NCBI GenBank assembly: GCA_040753815.1
Contig: JBFMDU010000014.1
Coordinates: forward strand, 36,527-100,526
DNA length: 64,000 bases
Origin: Chloroflexota bacterium
Lineage (GTDB): Bacteria > Chloroflexota > Dehalococcoidia > GIF9 > JBFMDU01
Reading direction: 5' to 3'
Position numbers and translations under genes: made by a program. Of the stretch, positions 9,848-17,698 are shown one piece after another (the stretch's first letter is position 1; each line of letters opens with the position of its first letter). The notes beneath the pieces are model-generated. The model worked only from the letters and a program-made list of their open reading frames with translations. It had not been told where the DNA came from and ran no database searches.

Positions 9848-10795
9848 CTAACCGCCCTGAGATTGTGCCGCACTTTTCGGAATGCGCGACTCACAGGGCA
9901 CCCCTGTCTGGCACATGCCGCAGCCCAGATACCGTCCTACGTAACCTTGGTCACGCCCCAGCCTCTTGAGAATTGCCGGCTGAGTAGTAACTACGAACTC
10001 ACGGCATTTGATTTTATCATGACCGTCTTCAGTTATTGCTCCGGCGGGACACCGCTCAGCGCACTTCCGGCAAGTGCCCTCGCGATAGAACAGGCAATTC
10101 GCGCGGTGGTTCGGATAGGGCCGTGGGGTTGGTGCGATTACCGCTGTAGTAACGACGCTCCCACAGCGCATGGCCACGCCTTTGGGAGTAATCAGGCCAT
10201 CGCTAAGGCTGAAGGTACCCAGTCCGGCGGCGTAGGCGATGTGACGCTGAGACCAGTTTGCCGCCAGTCCGTTAGGCAGGCTCTTGACCGTGTAGCATGG
10301 TGTCATGTCAGGCGCCACCGCCGTATACCCGAGGTTATGCAGACACTCCATCACAAAGGTCGCCAGTTCGTTCATCATCTCCTGTCCCTGCCAGCGTCCA
10401 TTGTTCCACTCCAGGGAGGGTACCTGTGTCTCGCGCCGGTTGCTGAGCTTGATCGCCGTTGTAAAAGGTAAAACCCAGGAAACTACACTGACCGGGGTGT
10501 GGTCCAATACCGTCATGCCGCCTGTTTCAAGGCATGCCTTCATTGCCTCACGAGGCGTCATGTGGAAGTCGCCGACCGCCGTTTTGAACTGCTCGAATAC
10601 AGGGTCATCACCGTCAGCGATGCCGACCATCGGCTCATCAAAGATAGGCCCGCCACCCAGTTTGGTCAAGCAGTTCTTGGGACTGCTTGCAACCAGTCCC
10701 TTGATAGCCCTGTCCAGAGAGGCGGCCAGACCGCCTGGCGAACGGTCGATATCAGTCATATGCAAGATTATGCCTTCTCCATCTTCTCTTCGCAA
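9848..10795 (-). CDS. Cytoplasmic RdhA/QueG-superfamily Fe-S protein (4Fe-4S double-cluster domain)
   Basis: C-terminal CLFYREGTCRKCAERCPAGAI and CGMCQTGVPC cluster motifs. No twin-arginine signal and no adjacent membrane-anchor gene. The start may be M13 (10759). Confidence 0.6.
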   Translation of the reverse strand: MRREDGEGIILHMTDIDRSPGGLAASLDRAIKGLVASSPKNCLTKLGGGPIFDEPMVGIADGDDPVFEQFKTAVGDFHMTPREAMKACLETGGMTVLDHTPVSVVSWVLPFTTAIKLSNRRETQVPSLEWNNGRWQGQEMMNELATFVMECLHNLGYTAVAPDMTPCYTVKSLPNGLAANWSQRHIAYAAGLGTFSLSDGLITPKGVAMRCGSVVTTAVIAPTPRPYPNHRANCLFYREGTCRKCAERCPAGAITEDGHDKIKCREFVVTTQPAILKRLGRDQGYVGRYLGCGMCQTGVPCESRIPKSAAQSQGG

Positions 10796-10945
10796 GGCCA
10801 GACGGTAAAGCTCAAAGAGACACCGCCTCTTCGAAACGAACTTTAAGGGTTGACTTGACCGAAGAGATTAAACTAACCTTATAGAATAAAGCAAAATAAT
10901 TTAGATAGCATTTATGGTAGCCGGGTAGAAAACAGTGAGGAATCC

Positions 10946-12565
10946 ATGAGAGTCCTCCGTCCGATGCCACTGGTGGCCGGTGCTTTGTCATGCGCCGTCG
11001 GCCTGATAGTAATCGTCGGCTGGTTTACCTCCATCCCTATCCTCACCAGCTTTCTGTCGGACGCGGTTTCCATGAAATTCAACGCCGCCCTTTGCTTCGT
11101 TTTTATCGGCGCGGCGCTATTACTCTCATCCCTGCCGGTTCCACGGAGAGCCGCCCCGGGCGTTTCCCTTGCCTTCTGCGCCGTCGCCATCGCTATCAGC
11201 GTCATCACTCTCTTCGAATATGCTTTCGACTGGAGCCCGGGCATCGACCTGCTAATTGTCAGCGAGCCGCCTGGCGCTCAATATACGGCCAGCCCTGGCC
11301 GCATGCCGCCACAGGCTGCGTTCAATTTTATACTCCTCAGTCTTTCGCTGGTCCTCATGAACCACCCGCGGCGGCGCTGGTGGCTGACCTCTCAAATAAT
11401 GGCCTATATCGTATCGGTCTTAGGACTTATTACCCTTGAAGATTATGTCTTTGGAGTCGAGGGTCTACATGGGCTTGGCGTCTATACCCATATTGCTTTA
11501 CCCGGAGCAGTCATTTTCCTCCTGCTTCCGGTTGGCATATTGGCCTGCCACCCACCCCGGGGACTGACCTTACCATTCTCTGGGTCGAGTGCCGGAGGCA
11601 GGATGGCGCTGTATCTCCTGCCAGCAATAGTAGTGGTAATAACTGTCCTTAACGTTGTGATTCATGCTGGCATGGATGCTGGTTTCTTCACCGAGAGTTT
11701 AGGCCATGCTATGTTAGTGGTAAGCTCAATTCTGATCCTGACGCTGGTCATAAGCATCGCCTCGCTCCGTCTCAGCACTGCGGACGAGCGGCGCCGCAGG
11801 GCCGAAAACGAAGTGCTGTCCCTGATGACCCGAAAAGTGAACGAACTGGAACAGCTCGACCAGATGAAGACCAACATGATATCCGTTGTCTCCCACGAGC
11901 TGAGGACGCCGCTGGCCATCATTAAGGGTTACAGCACCATGCTGCTCAAATACAACAAGACTCTTGGCGATGAGGAAAAAGTGGACTGCCTGGAGAAAAT
12001 CGACCAGGCCACCGACCGACAGGCCCGCCTTGTCGACCACCTCATCGACCTGTCACGGCTTGAAGCCGGCCTGCTCCACCTTGACCGGATAATGACCAGT
12101 GTTGCCGGCCTGATCGGAGACGCCGTCACGGAAGCGCGTCTGATATATAAGGACCACACCATCAACTACGCGCCAACGGACGGTGTGCTGGAACTTAATA
12201 TCGACCCCAGGCGCATCCGCCAGGTTATCGACAACCTTATCAACAACGCGGTGAAGTATTCACCGACTGGTACTACCATAGATGTCCGGGTAAGCGTGGA
12301 CGGCCGGGCAGTCCTGGTAAGCATCAGCGACCAGGGCGTCGGCATTCCTCAGGACGCCTTGGAAAGGGTTTTCGACCGTTCCTTCCGTGCCAAAGAACGG
12401 CTCTCATCACACGTGGACGGGCTTGGGCTCGGACTCAATCTCTGCCGGGGACTGGTTAATGCCCACGGTGGGAGAATCTGGGTGGAGAGCGTTATCGGAA
12501 AAGGCAGCACCTTCTATTTTACTCTGCCGATCGAAGGAGTTGACCGCCATGAAAAAAGAAGCTGA
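10946..12565 (+). CDS. Sensor histidine kinase with polytopic N-terminal membrane domain
   Basis: H-box SHELRTPL, N-box NLINNAVKYS, G1 DQGVGI, G2 GLGLGLNL. About 280 aa of hydrophobic N-terminal domain. Confidence 0.85.
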   Translation: MRVLRPMPLVAGALSCAVGLIVIVGWFTSIPILTSFLSDAVSMKFNAALCFVFIGAALLLSSLPVPRRAAPGVSLAFCAVAIAISVITLFEYAFDWSPGIDLLIVSEPPGAQYTASPGRMPPQAAFNFILLSLSLVLMNHPRRRWWLTSQIMAYIVSVLGLITLEDYVFGVEGLHGLGVYTHIALPGAVIFLLLPVGILACHPPRGLTLPFSGSSAGGRMALYLLPAIVVVITVLNVVIHAGMDAGFFTESLGHAMLVVSSILILTLVISIASLRLSTADERRRRAENEVLSLMTRKVNELEQLDQMKTNMISVVSHELRTPLAIIKGYSTMLLKYNKTLGDEEKVDCLEKIDQATDRQARLVDHLIDLSRLEAGLLHLDRIMTSVAGLIGDAVTEARLIYKDHTINYAPTDGVLELNIDPRRIRQVIDNLINNAVKYSPTGTTIDVRVSVDGRAVLVSISDQGVGIPQDALERVFDRSFRAKERLSSHVDGLGLGLNLCRGLVNAHGGRIWVESVIGKGSTFYFTLPIEGVDRHEKRS

Positions 12566-12932
12566 AAAATCAATCCTTATCGTGGAAGATGAGCCCGATA
12601 TCAAAAGGTTCGCCAGGCGGGTATTAGAGCTTGAAGGATACCGTGTTAATGCAGTGGGCGACGCTGAAACGGCGTGGAAAGAGCTAAAGAAAGAGAAGTA
12701 CTCACTACTTGTGCTTGACCTCAGGCTACCCGGCGAGAACGGCTGGGCCCTTTTCGAAAAAGTCAAGGCTGACCCGCAGACATCTGGCATGCCGGTACTT
12801 GTTTTCAGCGCCTCCGCCAGCTACGAATCACGCAAGCGGGCACAGGAGCTCGGCGCCGCCGGCTTCCTGGTCAAACCTGTTACCGCTCAAGGACTCGTCG
12901 ACGCCGTAGCCGCCATTCTGGGCAAAGCCTGA
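12549..12932 (+). CDS. Single-domain response regulator (receiver only)
   Basis: MKKEAEKSILIVEDEPD...LLVLDLRLPGENG...LVKP. It overlaps the kinase stop by 17 nt. The track ORF start (12387) is an in-kinase extension. Confidence 0.8.
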   Translation: MKKEAEKSILIVEDEPDIKRFARRVLELEGYRVNAVGDAETAWKELKKEKYSLLVLDLRLPGENGWALFEKVKADPQTSGMPVLVFSASASYESRKRAQELGAAGFLVKPVTAQGLVDAVAAILGKA

Positions 12933-13017
12933 TTCCAGCAAAAAGAGACCTCGCCTCTTTAAAACAAACGCCCCTTCCTTTGGCAAGGGAAGGTGGTTTG
13001 TGGGATGGGTTTCCCTG

Positions 13018-13046
13018 TTGACAAAATTAGCTTCGGGAAGTAAAGT
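13018..13046 (+). promoter_or_regulatory. Candidate sigma70-type promoter TTGACA-N17-TAAAGT
   Basis: TTGACA at 13018-13023 and TAAAGT at 13041-13046, about 75 nt upstream of the 13121 ATG. Confidence 0.5.
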
Positions 13047-13120
13047 ATCAAACGCAAGGCAGAATTTCTCCCCTTCCTTCAAACGGCCCACCGACGATAA
13101 CTGTTCTAGGAGGAGGCATC

Positions 13121-13441
13121 ATGGGAGAAGCTAAAGACGCCAGGAAGATGGAAAAGCTGGAGAAGCTCTACGCTATCGCTATGAGCAGTGGCCAGACGCC
13201 GCCGCCGAAAAAGTCCCTCTTCGCCGCCAAGTGTCCCAAGTGCGGTGCCAAGCTTAACAAGGAATCGGTAAAGGAACTCATCGTTGGCGTTGAAGGTGAA
13301 AGCGCCTTCGTCAACAAGGTTATCGCCGAGGCGCAACTGACTCCGGGCGCCTACTACCTCGCCATCGACCACTATACCTGCCCCAACGGCGACTATGAGT
13401 TCGCCAAGCGCAGCGTCGAGGAACTCGGCGAAGGCGCCTGA
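13121..13441 (+). CDS. Small hypothetical protein with split zinc-ribbon-like Cys pairs
   Basis: Strong RBS (AGGAGGAGG) 5 nt before the ATG. CPKCG ... CPNG pairs. It has its own candidate promoter and terminator. Confidence 0.6.
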   Translation: MGEAKDARKMEKLEKLYAIAMSSGQTPPPKKSLFAAKCPKCGAKLNKESVKELIVGVEGESAFVNKVIAEAQLTPGAYYLAIDHYTCPNGDYEFAKRSVEELGEGA

Positions 13442-13513
13442 CCACCCAGCGTCGATTAGAACAAAGCAAAGACCTCTTCTGGGGAAAGTCTTAATGTCAT
13501 CCTGGTAACTGAA

Positions 13514-13549
13514 ATGGGAGGGCCGTCAAGGCCGCTCCCATTCGATTTT
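13514..13549 (+). terminator. Rho-independent terminator candidate
   Basis: The stem ATGGGAGGGCC / GGCC(G)CTCCCAT gives 11 bp with one bulge and a 5-nt loop, followed by TCGATTTT. Confidence 0.6.
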
Positions 13550-13573
13550 CTAGCCTGATGAGGAGACTTCTCA

Positions 13574-16240
13574 GTGTCCGCTAAAGAACCGGGGCAAACT
13601 GAGACGCCGAAAGCTTACGAGCCGGCCCGCGTCGAGGGAAAATGGTACCGGTTCTGGGTGGAACGCGGCTATTTCACCCCGAAAATCGAACCGGGTAAAT
13701 CTCCTTTCGTCATCATCATGCCGCCGCCGAATGTCACCGGCGAGCTCCACCTGGGCCATTTTCTCACCATAGCCCTGGAAGACGCCATGACGCGCTGGCA
13801 CCGTATGAAAGGCGAGCCGACCCTGTGGCTACCCGGTACTGACCACGCCGGCATTGCCACTCAGGTAATCGTTGAACAGCAACTGGCCAAAAAAGGCCTT
13901 GACCGAAAACATATCGGCCGTGAAAAGTTCGAAGAGCAGGTCTGGGCCTGGGTGCGTCAGTGCCGTCAGACAATCAACCTCCAGCACCAGCGATTCGGCG
14001 CCTCCTGCGACTGGACGCGTGAGCGCTTCACTCTCGATGACGGCCCAGCCCGGGCGGTTCGCTCCGCCTTTGTTCGCCTCTACAACAAGGGCCTCATCTA
14101 CCGGGGAGAACGCCTCATCAACTGGTGCCCCCGCTGTCTTACTGCCATTTCCGACCTTGAAGTCCAGCACCAGGAACTAAAGGGGCATCTCTACTACATG
14201 CGTTATCCGCTGGCCGAAAGCGACGGCTTTGTGACTGTAGCCACCACCCGGCCCGAGACCTATCTCGGTGATACCGCCGTCGCTGTCAACCCTGCCGACC
14301 AGCGCTATGTCGGCTTGATTGGCAAAAAGGTTGTCCTGCCGGTCATCAACCGCGTCATCCCTATTATTGCCGATTCCGCCGTCGATTCTAGCTTCGGTAC
14401 CGGCGCCGTTAAAATCACCCCGGCCCACGACCCGGTTGATTTCGAAATGGCGGGCCGCCAGCATTTGCCCCTCGTTAACATCATGAACCCCGATGCTACC
14501 TTGAATGAGAACGCCGGTCCCTATGCGAGCATGGGTCGTGAGGCCGCCCGCAAGAAAATTCTGGAAGACTTCGAAAAGGCCGGGCTCCTTGAGAAGATTA
14601 CCGACCATGTCCACATGGTCGGCCACTGCGACCGCTGCCGCACCGTGGTCGAACCGCGCGTTAGCAAACAGTGGTTTGTCAACACGCCGCCTCTGGCGGC
14701 CCGTGCTATCGAGGCTGTCACCAGCGGCCGTATCATCATTATCCCGGAGCGCTTCACCCGGGTCTACCTGAACTGGATGGAGAACATCCGCGACTGGTGC
14801 ATCAGCCGCCAGCTCTGGTGGGGCCACCGCATCCCGGTCTGGTACTGCAGTAAGTGCAGTGTCATGACTGTCTCGGTTGAAACGCCGGACAAATGCTCTA
14901 AATGCGGCTCTCCCGATATATTCCAGGACCCGGACGTTCTCGATACCTGGTTCAGTTCCGGACTCTGGCCGCACTCCACTCTCGGCTGGCCGGACGACAC
15001 TGAAGACCTCCGTTATTTCTATCCAACCTCGGTAATGGAGACCGGCTACGACATCCTGTTCTTCTGGGTTGCCCGCATGATTATGATGGGACTCGAAGAC
15101 ACCGGCGATATTCCCTTCCGGACCGTTTACCTGCACGGGCTGGTGCGTGACGAGAAGGGCGATAAGATGAGCAAGATGCGCGGCAACGTGCTCAACCCGC
15201 TGGAGATGACCCGGAAATACGGCACCGACGCCCTGCGCTTCGCTCTGACCACCGGCACTTCACCGGGCAACGATATCAGCCTGAGCCAGCAGAGAATTGA
15301 GTCCGGCCGCAACTTCGCCAATAAGATATGGAACGCCTCCCGCTTTATCCTGCGCGCCATCGAGGCTAACCCTGAGGCCGTAAAGACGCCTGACCGCGAG
15401 TTTACCTGGGAAGACCGCTGGATTGTCAGCCGTCTCAACCGGGTCATCGGTGGGGTAAACCGCCTGCTTGAAGAGTACCAGTTCGGCGAGGCCGAGCGGC
15501 AGATACACGACTTCTTCTGGGGCGAGTTCTGCGACTGGTACTTGGAAATCGCCAAACTTCGCTTGCGCCAGGGCCAAGCATCCTGCCTGCCGGTGTTGGT
15601 TAGCGTTATGGAGATAGCTCTCCGCCTGCTTCATCCCTTCATGCCTTTTGTGACCGAGGAAATCTGGCAGTCGCTCAAGCCGTACCTTCCGCCGGACAAG
15701 CTCCCCGATTCTATCGTCATCGCCTCCTACCCCACTGCCAGACCCGAAGCCATTGACCCGGCCGCAGAAGACAACCTTGAGGCTGTTATCCAGGTTACCC
15801 GTTCCATCCGCAATGCCCGCGCCCAGTACCGGGTGCCGTCCGGTAAGGCTATCGCCGCGCAGGTCTACTCGGACAGCTTCGCCGGCGTGCTCTCGGAGTA
15901 CTCTGGCATCATCGAGAGTCTGGCTGTGGTGCGTCCGCTGACCGTTGCCCCGCGCAATCAGCGGCCTCAGACAGCGGAGAAGGTCATCGTGGACATTCTC
16001 AAAGACGCCGAGGTCGTCATTCCCATGGCTGGCATGGTTGACATCGCCGCCGAACGCCAGCGTCTTGAAAAAGAGATTCAGTCTGCGGGGGAGGCCATTG
16101 CCCGCCTTGAGGCCCGGTTGAAGGACCCGGCTTTCATTTCTCAGGCGCCAGCCGCAATTGTCGAGAAAGAAAAAGCCAGACTATCAGAGTATGCCGACCG
16201 TCTGGCCCGTCTCAAGCAGGAATTGTCCCAACTAGGCTAG
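13574..16240 (+). CDS. valS: Valine--tRNA ligase
   Basis: HIGH-type motif PPPNVTGELHLGH, KMSKS motif KMSKMRGN, and a C-terminal coiled coil. GTG start with an AGGAG RBS 8 nt upstream. Confidence 0.95.
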   Translation: MSAKEPGQTETPKAYEPARVEGKWYRFWVERGYFTPKIEPGKSPFVIIMPPPNVTGELHLGHFLTIALEDAMTRWHRMKGEPTLWLPGTDHAGIATQVIVEQQLAKKGLDRKHIGREKFEEQVWAWVRQCRQTINLQHQRFGASCDWTRERFTLDDGPARAVRSAFVRLYNKGLIYRGERLINWCPRCLTAISDLEVQHQELKGHLYYMRYPLAESDGFVTVATTRPETYLGDTAVAVNPADQRYVGLIGKKVVLPVINRVIPIIADSAVDSSFGTGAVKITPAHDPVDFEMAGRQHLPLVNIMNPDATLNENAGPYASMGREAARKKILEDFEKAGLLEKITDHVHMVGHCDRCRTVVEPRVSKQWFVNTPPLAARAIEAVTSGRIIIIPERFTRVYLNWMENIRDWCISRQLWWGHRIPVWYCSKCSVMTVSVETPDKCSKCGSPDIFQDPDVLDTWFSSGLWPHSTLGWPDDTEDLRYFYPTSVMETGYDILFFWVARMIMMGLEDTGDIPFRTVYLHGLVRDEKGDKMSKMRGNVLNPLEMTRKYGTDALRFALTTGTSPGNDISLSQQRIESGRNFANKIWNASRFILRAIEANPEAVKTPDREFTWEDRWIVSRLNRVIGGVNRLLEEYQFGEAERQIHDFFWGEFCDWYLEIAKLRLRQGQASCLPVLVSVMEIALRLLHPFMPFVTEEIWQSLKPYLPPDKLPDSIVIASYPTARPEAIDPAAEDNLEAVIQVTRSIRNARAQYRVPSGKAIAAQVYSDSFAGVLSEYSGIIESLAVVRPLTVAPRNQRPQTAEKVIVDILKDAEVVIPMAGMVDIAAERQRLEKEIQSAGEAIARLEARLKDPAFISQAPAAIVEKEKARLSEYADRLARLKQELSQLG

Positions 16241-16343
16241 TGTCGGTTTCCCTCGCCCTTAACGGGCTTTGCCTATAGAGTCGCTCTAGCAAGTTACTTT
16301 TTGTGCAACTGGCATTCTTGCCCCAAAAGTCTTACAGACCCGT

Positions 16344-16892
16344 TCAAATGAATGGCTTTCTCATACCAGCTCTAGTCTTGCCAATTTGCTTGATTAGTTT
16401 CTCTGTGCTTTCTCCAAGGGCTTGGTCCGCAGGAATAACTGGCCCTTTATCCCCGCTATGTGTGTTGAGGTATGTCTCATACGCTTGAATTGCATCTTCC
16501 AACTTCTTGATAACATCAGACACAGATAGCGAGATATTGGCGAAAGAAGATTTGGCTAGTTCAGCTATATACGCGCCTTTTGCTTTCAGGTGTTGGTAAT
16601 CTGATTTCGTCCGTTTAAGAACATCATCCTTTACTTCCTTATATGGGCGGCTTACAGCAATTTTATCAACGTCAGTTGCCCACTGCATGATTTCACTTAA
16701 CAATGCATGGGCGTGGTATCTGCGCTGGATATTACGTGTTTGCCATATGCCTACAGTAGCAGCAGCAAATATCAAGAAAGTAATGACAATTTGCCACTGA
16801 GGCGATAATATAGCATCCCAAAGTTTAGCCCACATACCGCTATTATATACTACTGATGCATGGTTCAGACCAAAAAGTCGGTACAAGGCCAA
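16344..16892 (-). CDS. Hypothetical single-pass membrane protein (AT-rich ORFan)
   Basis: Hydrophobic helix IVITFLIFAAATVGIW followed by a Lys/Glu-rich helical tail. I hand-counted 38-48% GC in three consecutive 60-nt lines, against roughly 55-58% in flanking genes. Confidence 0.5.
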   Translation of the reverse strand: MALYRLFGLNHASVVYNSGMWAKLWDAILSPQWQIVITFLIFAAATVGIWQTRNIQRRYHAHALLSEIMQWATDVDKIAVSRPYKEVKDDVLKRTKSDYQHLKAKGAYIAELAKSSFANISLSVSDVIKKLEDAIQAYETYLNTHSGDKGPVIPADQALGESTEKLIKQIGKTRAGMRKPFI

Positions 16893-16913
16893 ACTCGTAA
16901 ATGGCTCAAGCCG

Positions 16914-17603
16914 CTAAGAGAAGCCCTTATCTTCCGCTGGCGGGTTCTTCTGCCGCCACATCCGGTGAAGCCGTGTTAAAGCCTTCTTGGTATCGCTTGC
17001 CACGCGCGACTGGTCGCTCCGCTTGATACGGTACTTAAACAGCCAGTAGGTGAATTCCTTAAGCTCATTCAGTGAGGCCGACTTCAGGTAGGAGTAGCCT
17101 TTCTCGCGGCGGAAGCGGTCAAGAAGCTCCTCCTGGGAGGCCCCGTAGACGCGCTGGTAAGCCGCCTCGGTGACCCCTCCATCCTCCCCGATTCCGTGTA
17201 CCCGCCGTTCTTTGCGTATCTCGTCGGTCACCGCCATTATCAGCGACTCCTCGACCAGCACCCCGTATAGATAGTTCAGGTAAGCCTGGTACTTGCTGGC
17301 GCCAATCAGCCTGCGGAACTCCTGCTTGGAGATTTCCATCGGCGGGTGGTCGAACATCAAGAGGTTAGTCAGTTCGTCCTCGGGAATCAGCCCGGTGACT
17401 TCTCCGGTCAGCCTCTCCGCCAGCAACAGCCAGTCGAAGGCCTCCCCGGCGATCAGGTACTGATAATGACGCCCGTCGTAGTCCTCCTCAGGGCTTTGCC
17501 ACAGATGGATTGCCTCGAGCAGAGAAACGTACCAGTGCTTGCCGCTGGTCACGCTTTCCCGCAGGTGCTGGATCGCCTGTATGTCATGGTCGGTAAGCGT
17601 CAT
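16914..17603 (-). CDS. Hypothetical protein (229 aa, soluble, no recognisable motif)
   Basis: Long ORF with host-like GC and a GGAG RBS 5 nt upstream of the ATG. I recognise no family. Confidence 0.6.
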   Translation of the reverse strand: MTLTDHDIQAIQHLRESVTSGKHWYVSLLEAIHLWQSPEEDYDGRHYQYLIAGEAFDWLLLAERLTGEVTGLIPEDELTNLLMFDHPPMEISKQEFRRLIGASKYQAYLNYLYGVLVEESLIMAVTDEIRKERRVHGIGEDGGVTEAAYQRVYGASQEELLDRFRREKGYSYLKSASLNELKEFTYWLFKYRIKRSDQSRVASDTKKALTRLHRMWRQKNPPAEDKGFS

Positions 17604-17614
17604 AATGTCTCCGC

Positions 17615-17637
17615 ATGGTAACCCGATATATTACCAT
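17615..17637 (-). promoter_or_regulatory. Inverted repeat ATGGTAA-N9-TTACCAT just upstream of the 229-aa gene RBS
   Basis: Seen directly. The loop contains the TA-rich string TATAT. It could be an operator or a promoter. Confidence 0.35.
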
Positions 17638-17698
17638 CGGAGGCCGTGCAGGCTCAACGTAGAAGCGTGGGATAGCTCAAACCACTAACTCGTTGTAT

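Noticed and set aside
9848-10795. Respiratory reductive dehalogenase (RdhA) call
   Set aside because: There is no twin-arginine signal (RRxFxK), no adjacent rdhB-like anchor gene, and at about 315 aa it is much shorter than respiratory RdhA. I keep it as a superfamily-level call.
12971-13120. CCCCTTCCTT repeats (12971 and 13070) as an anti-RBS or thermosensor pairing with the AGGAGGAGG RBS of the small gene
   Set aside because: Pairing is at most 6 bp including a G-U pair, and the first copy lies upstream of the candidate promoter. This is too weak to support without structure probing.
13442-13573. T-box leader upstream of valS
   Set aside because: I looked for the conserved T-box 14-mer (..GGGTGGTACCGCG..-like) and a specifier-loop architecture and found neither. 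The single hairpin plus T-run is better explained as the terminator of the preceding small gene.
14177-15136. 319-aa minus-strand ORF
   Set aside because: It is antisense to valS (which has HIGH and KMSKS motifs on the plus strand), so it is a shadow ORF.
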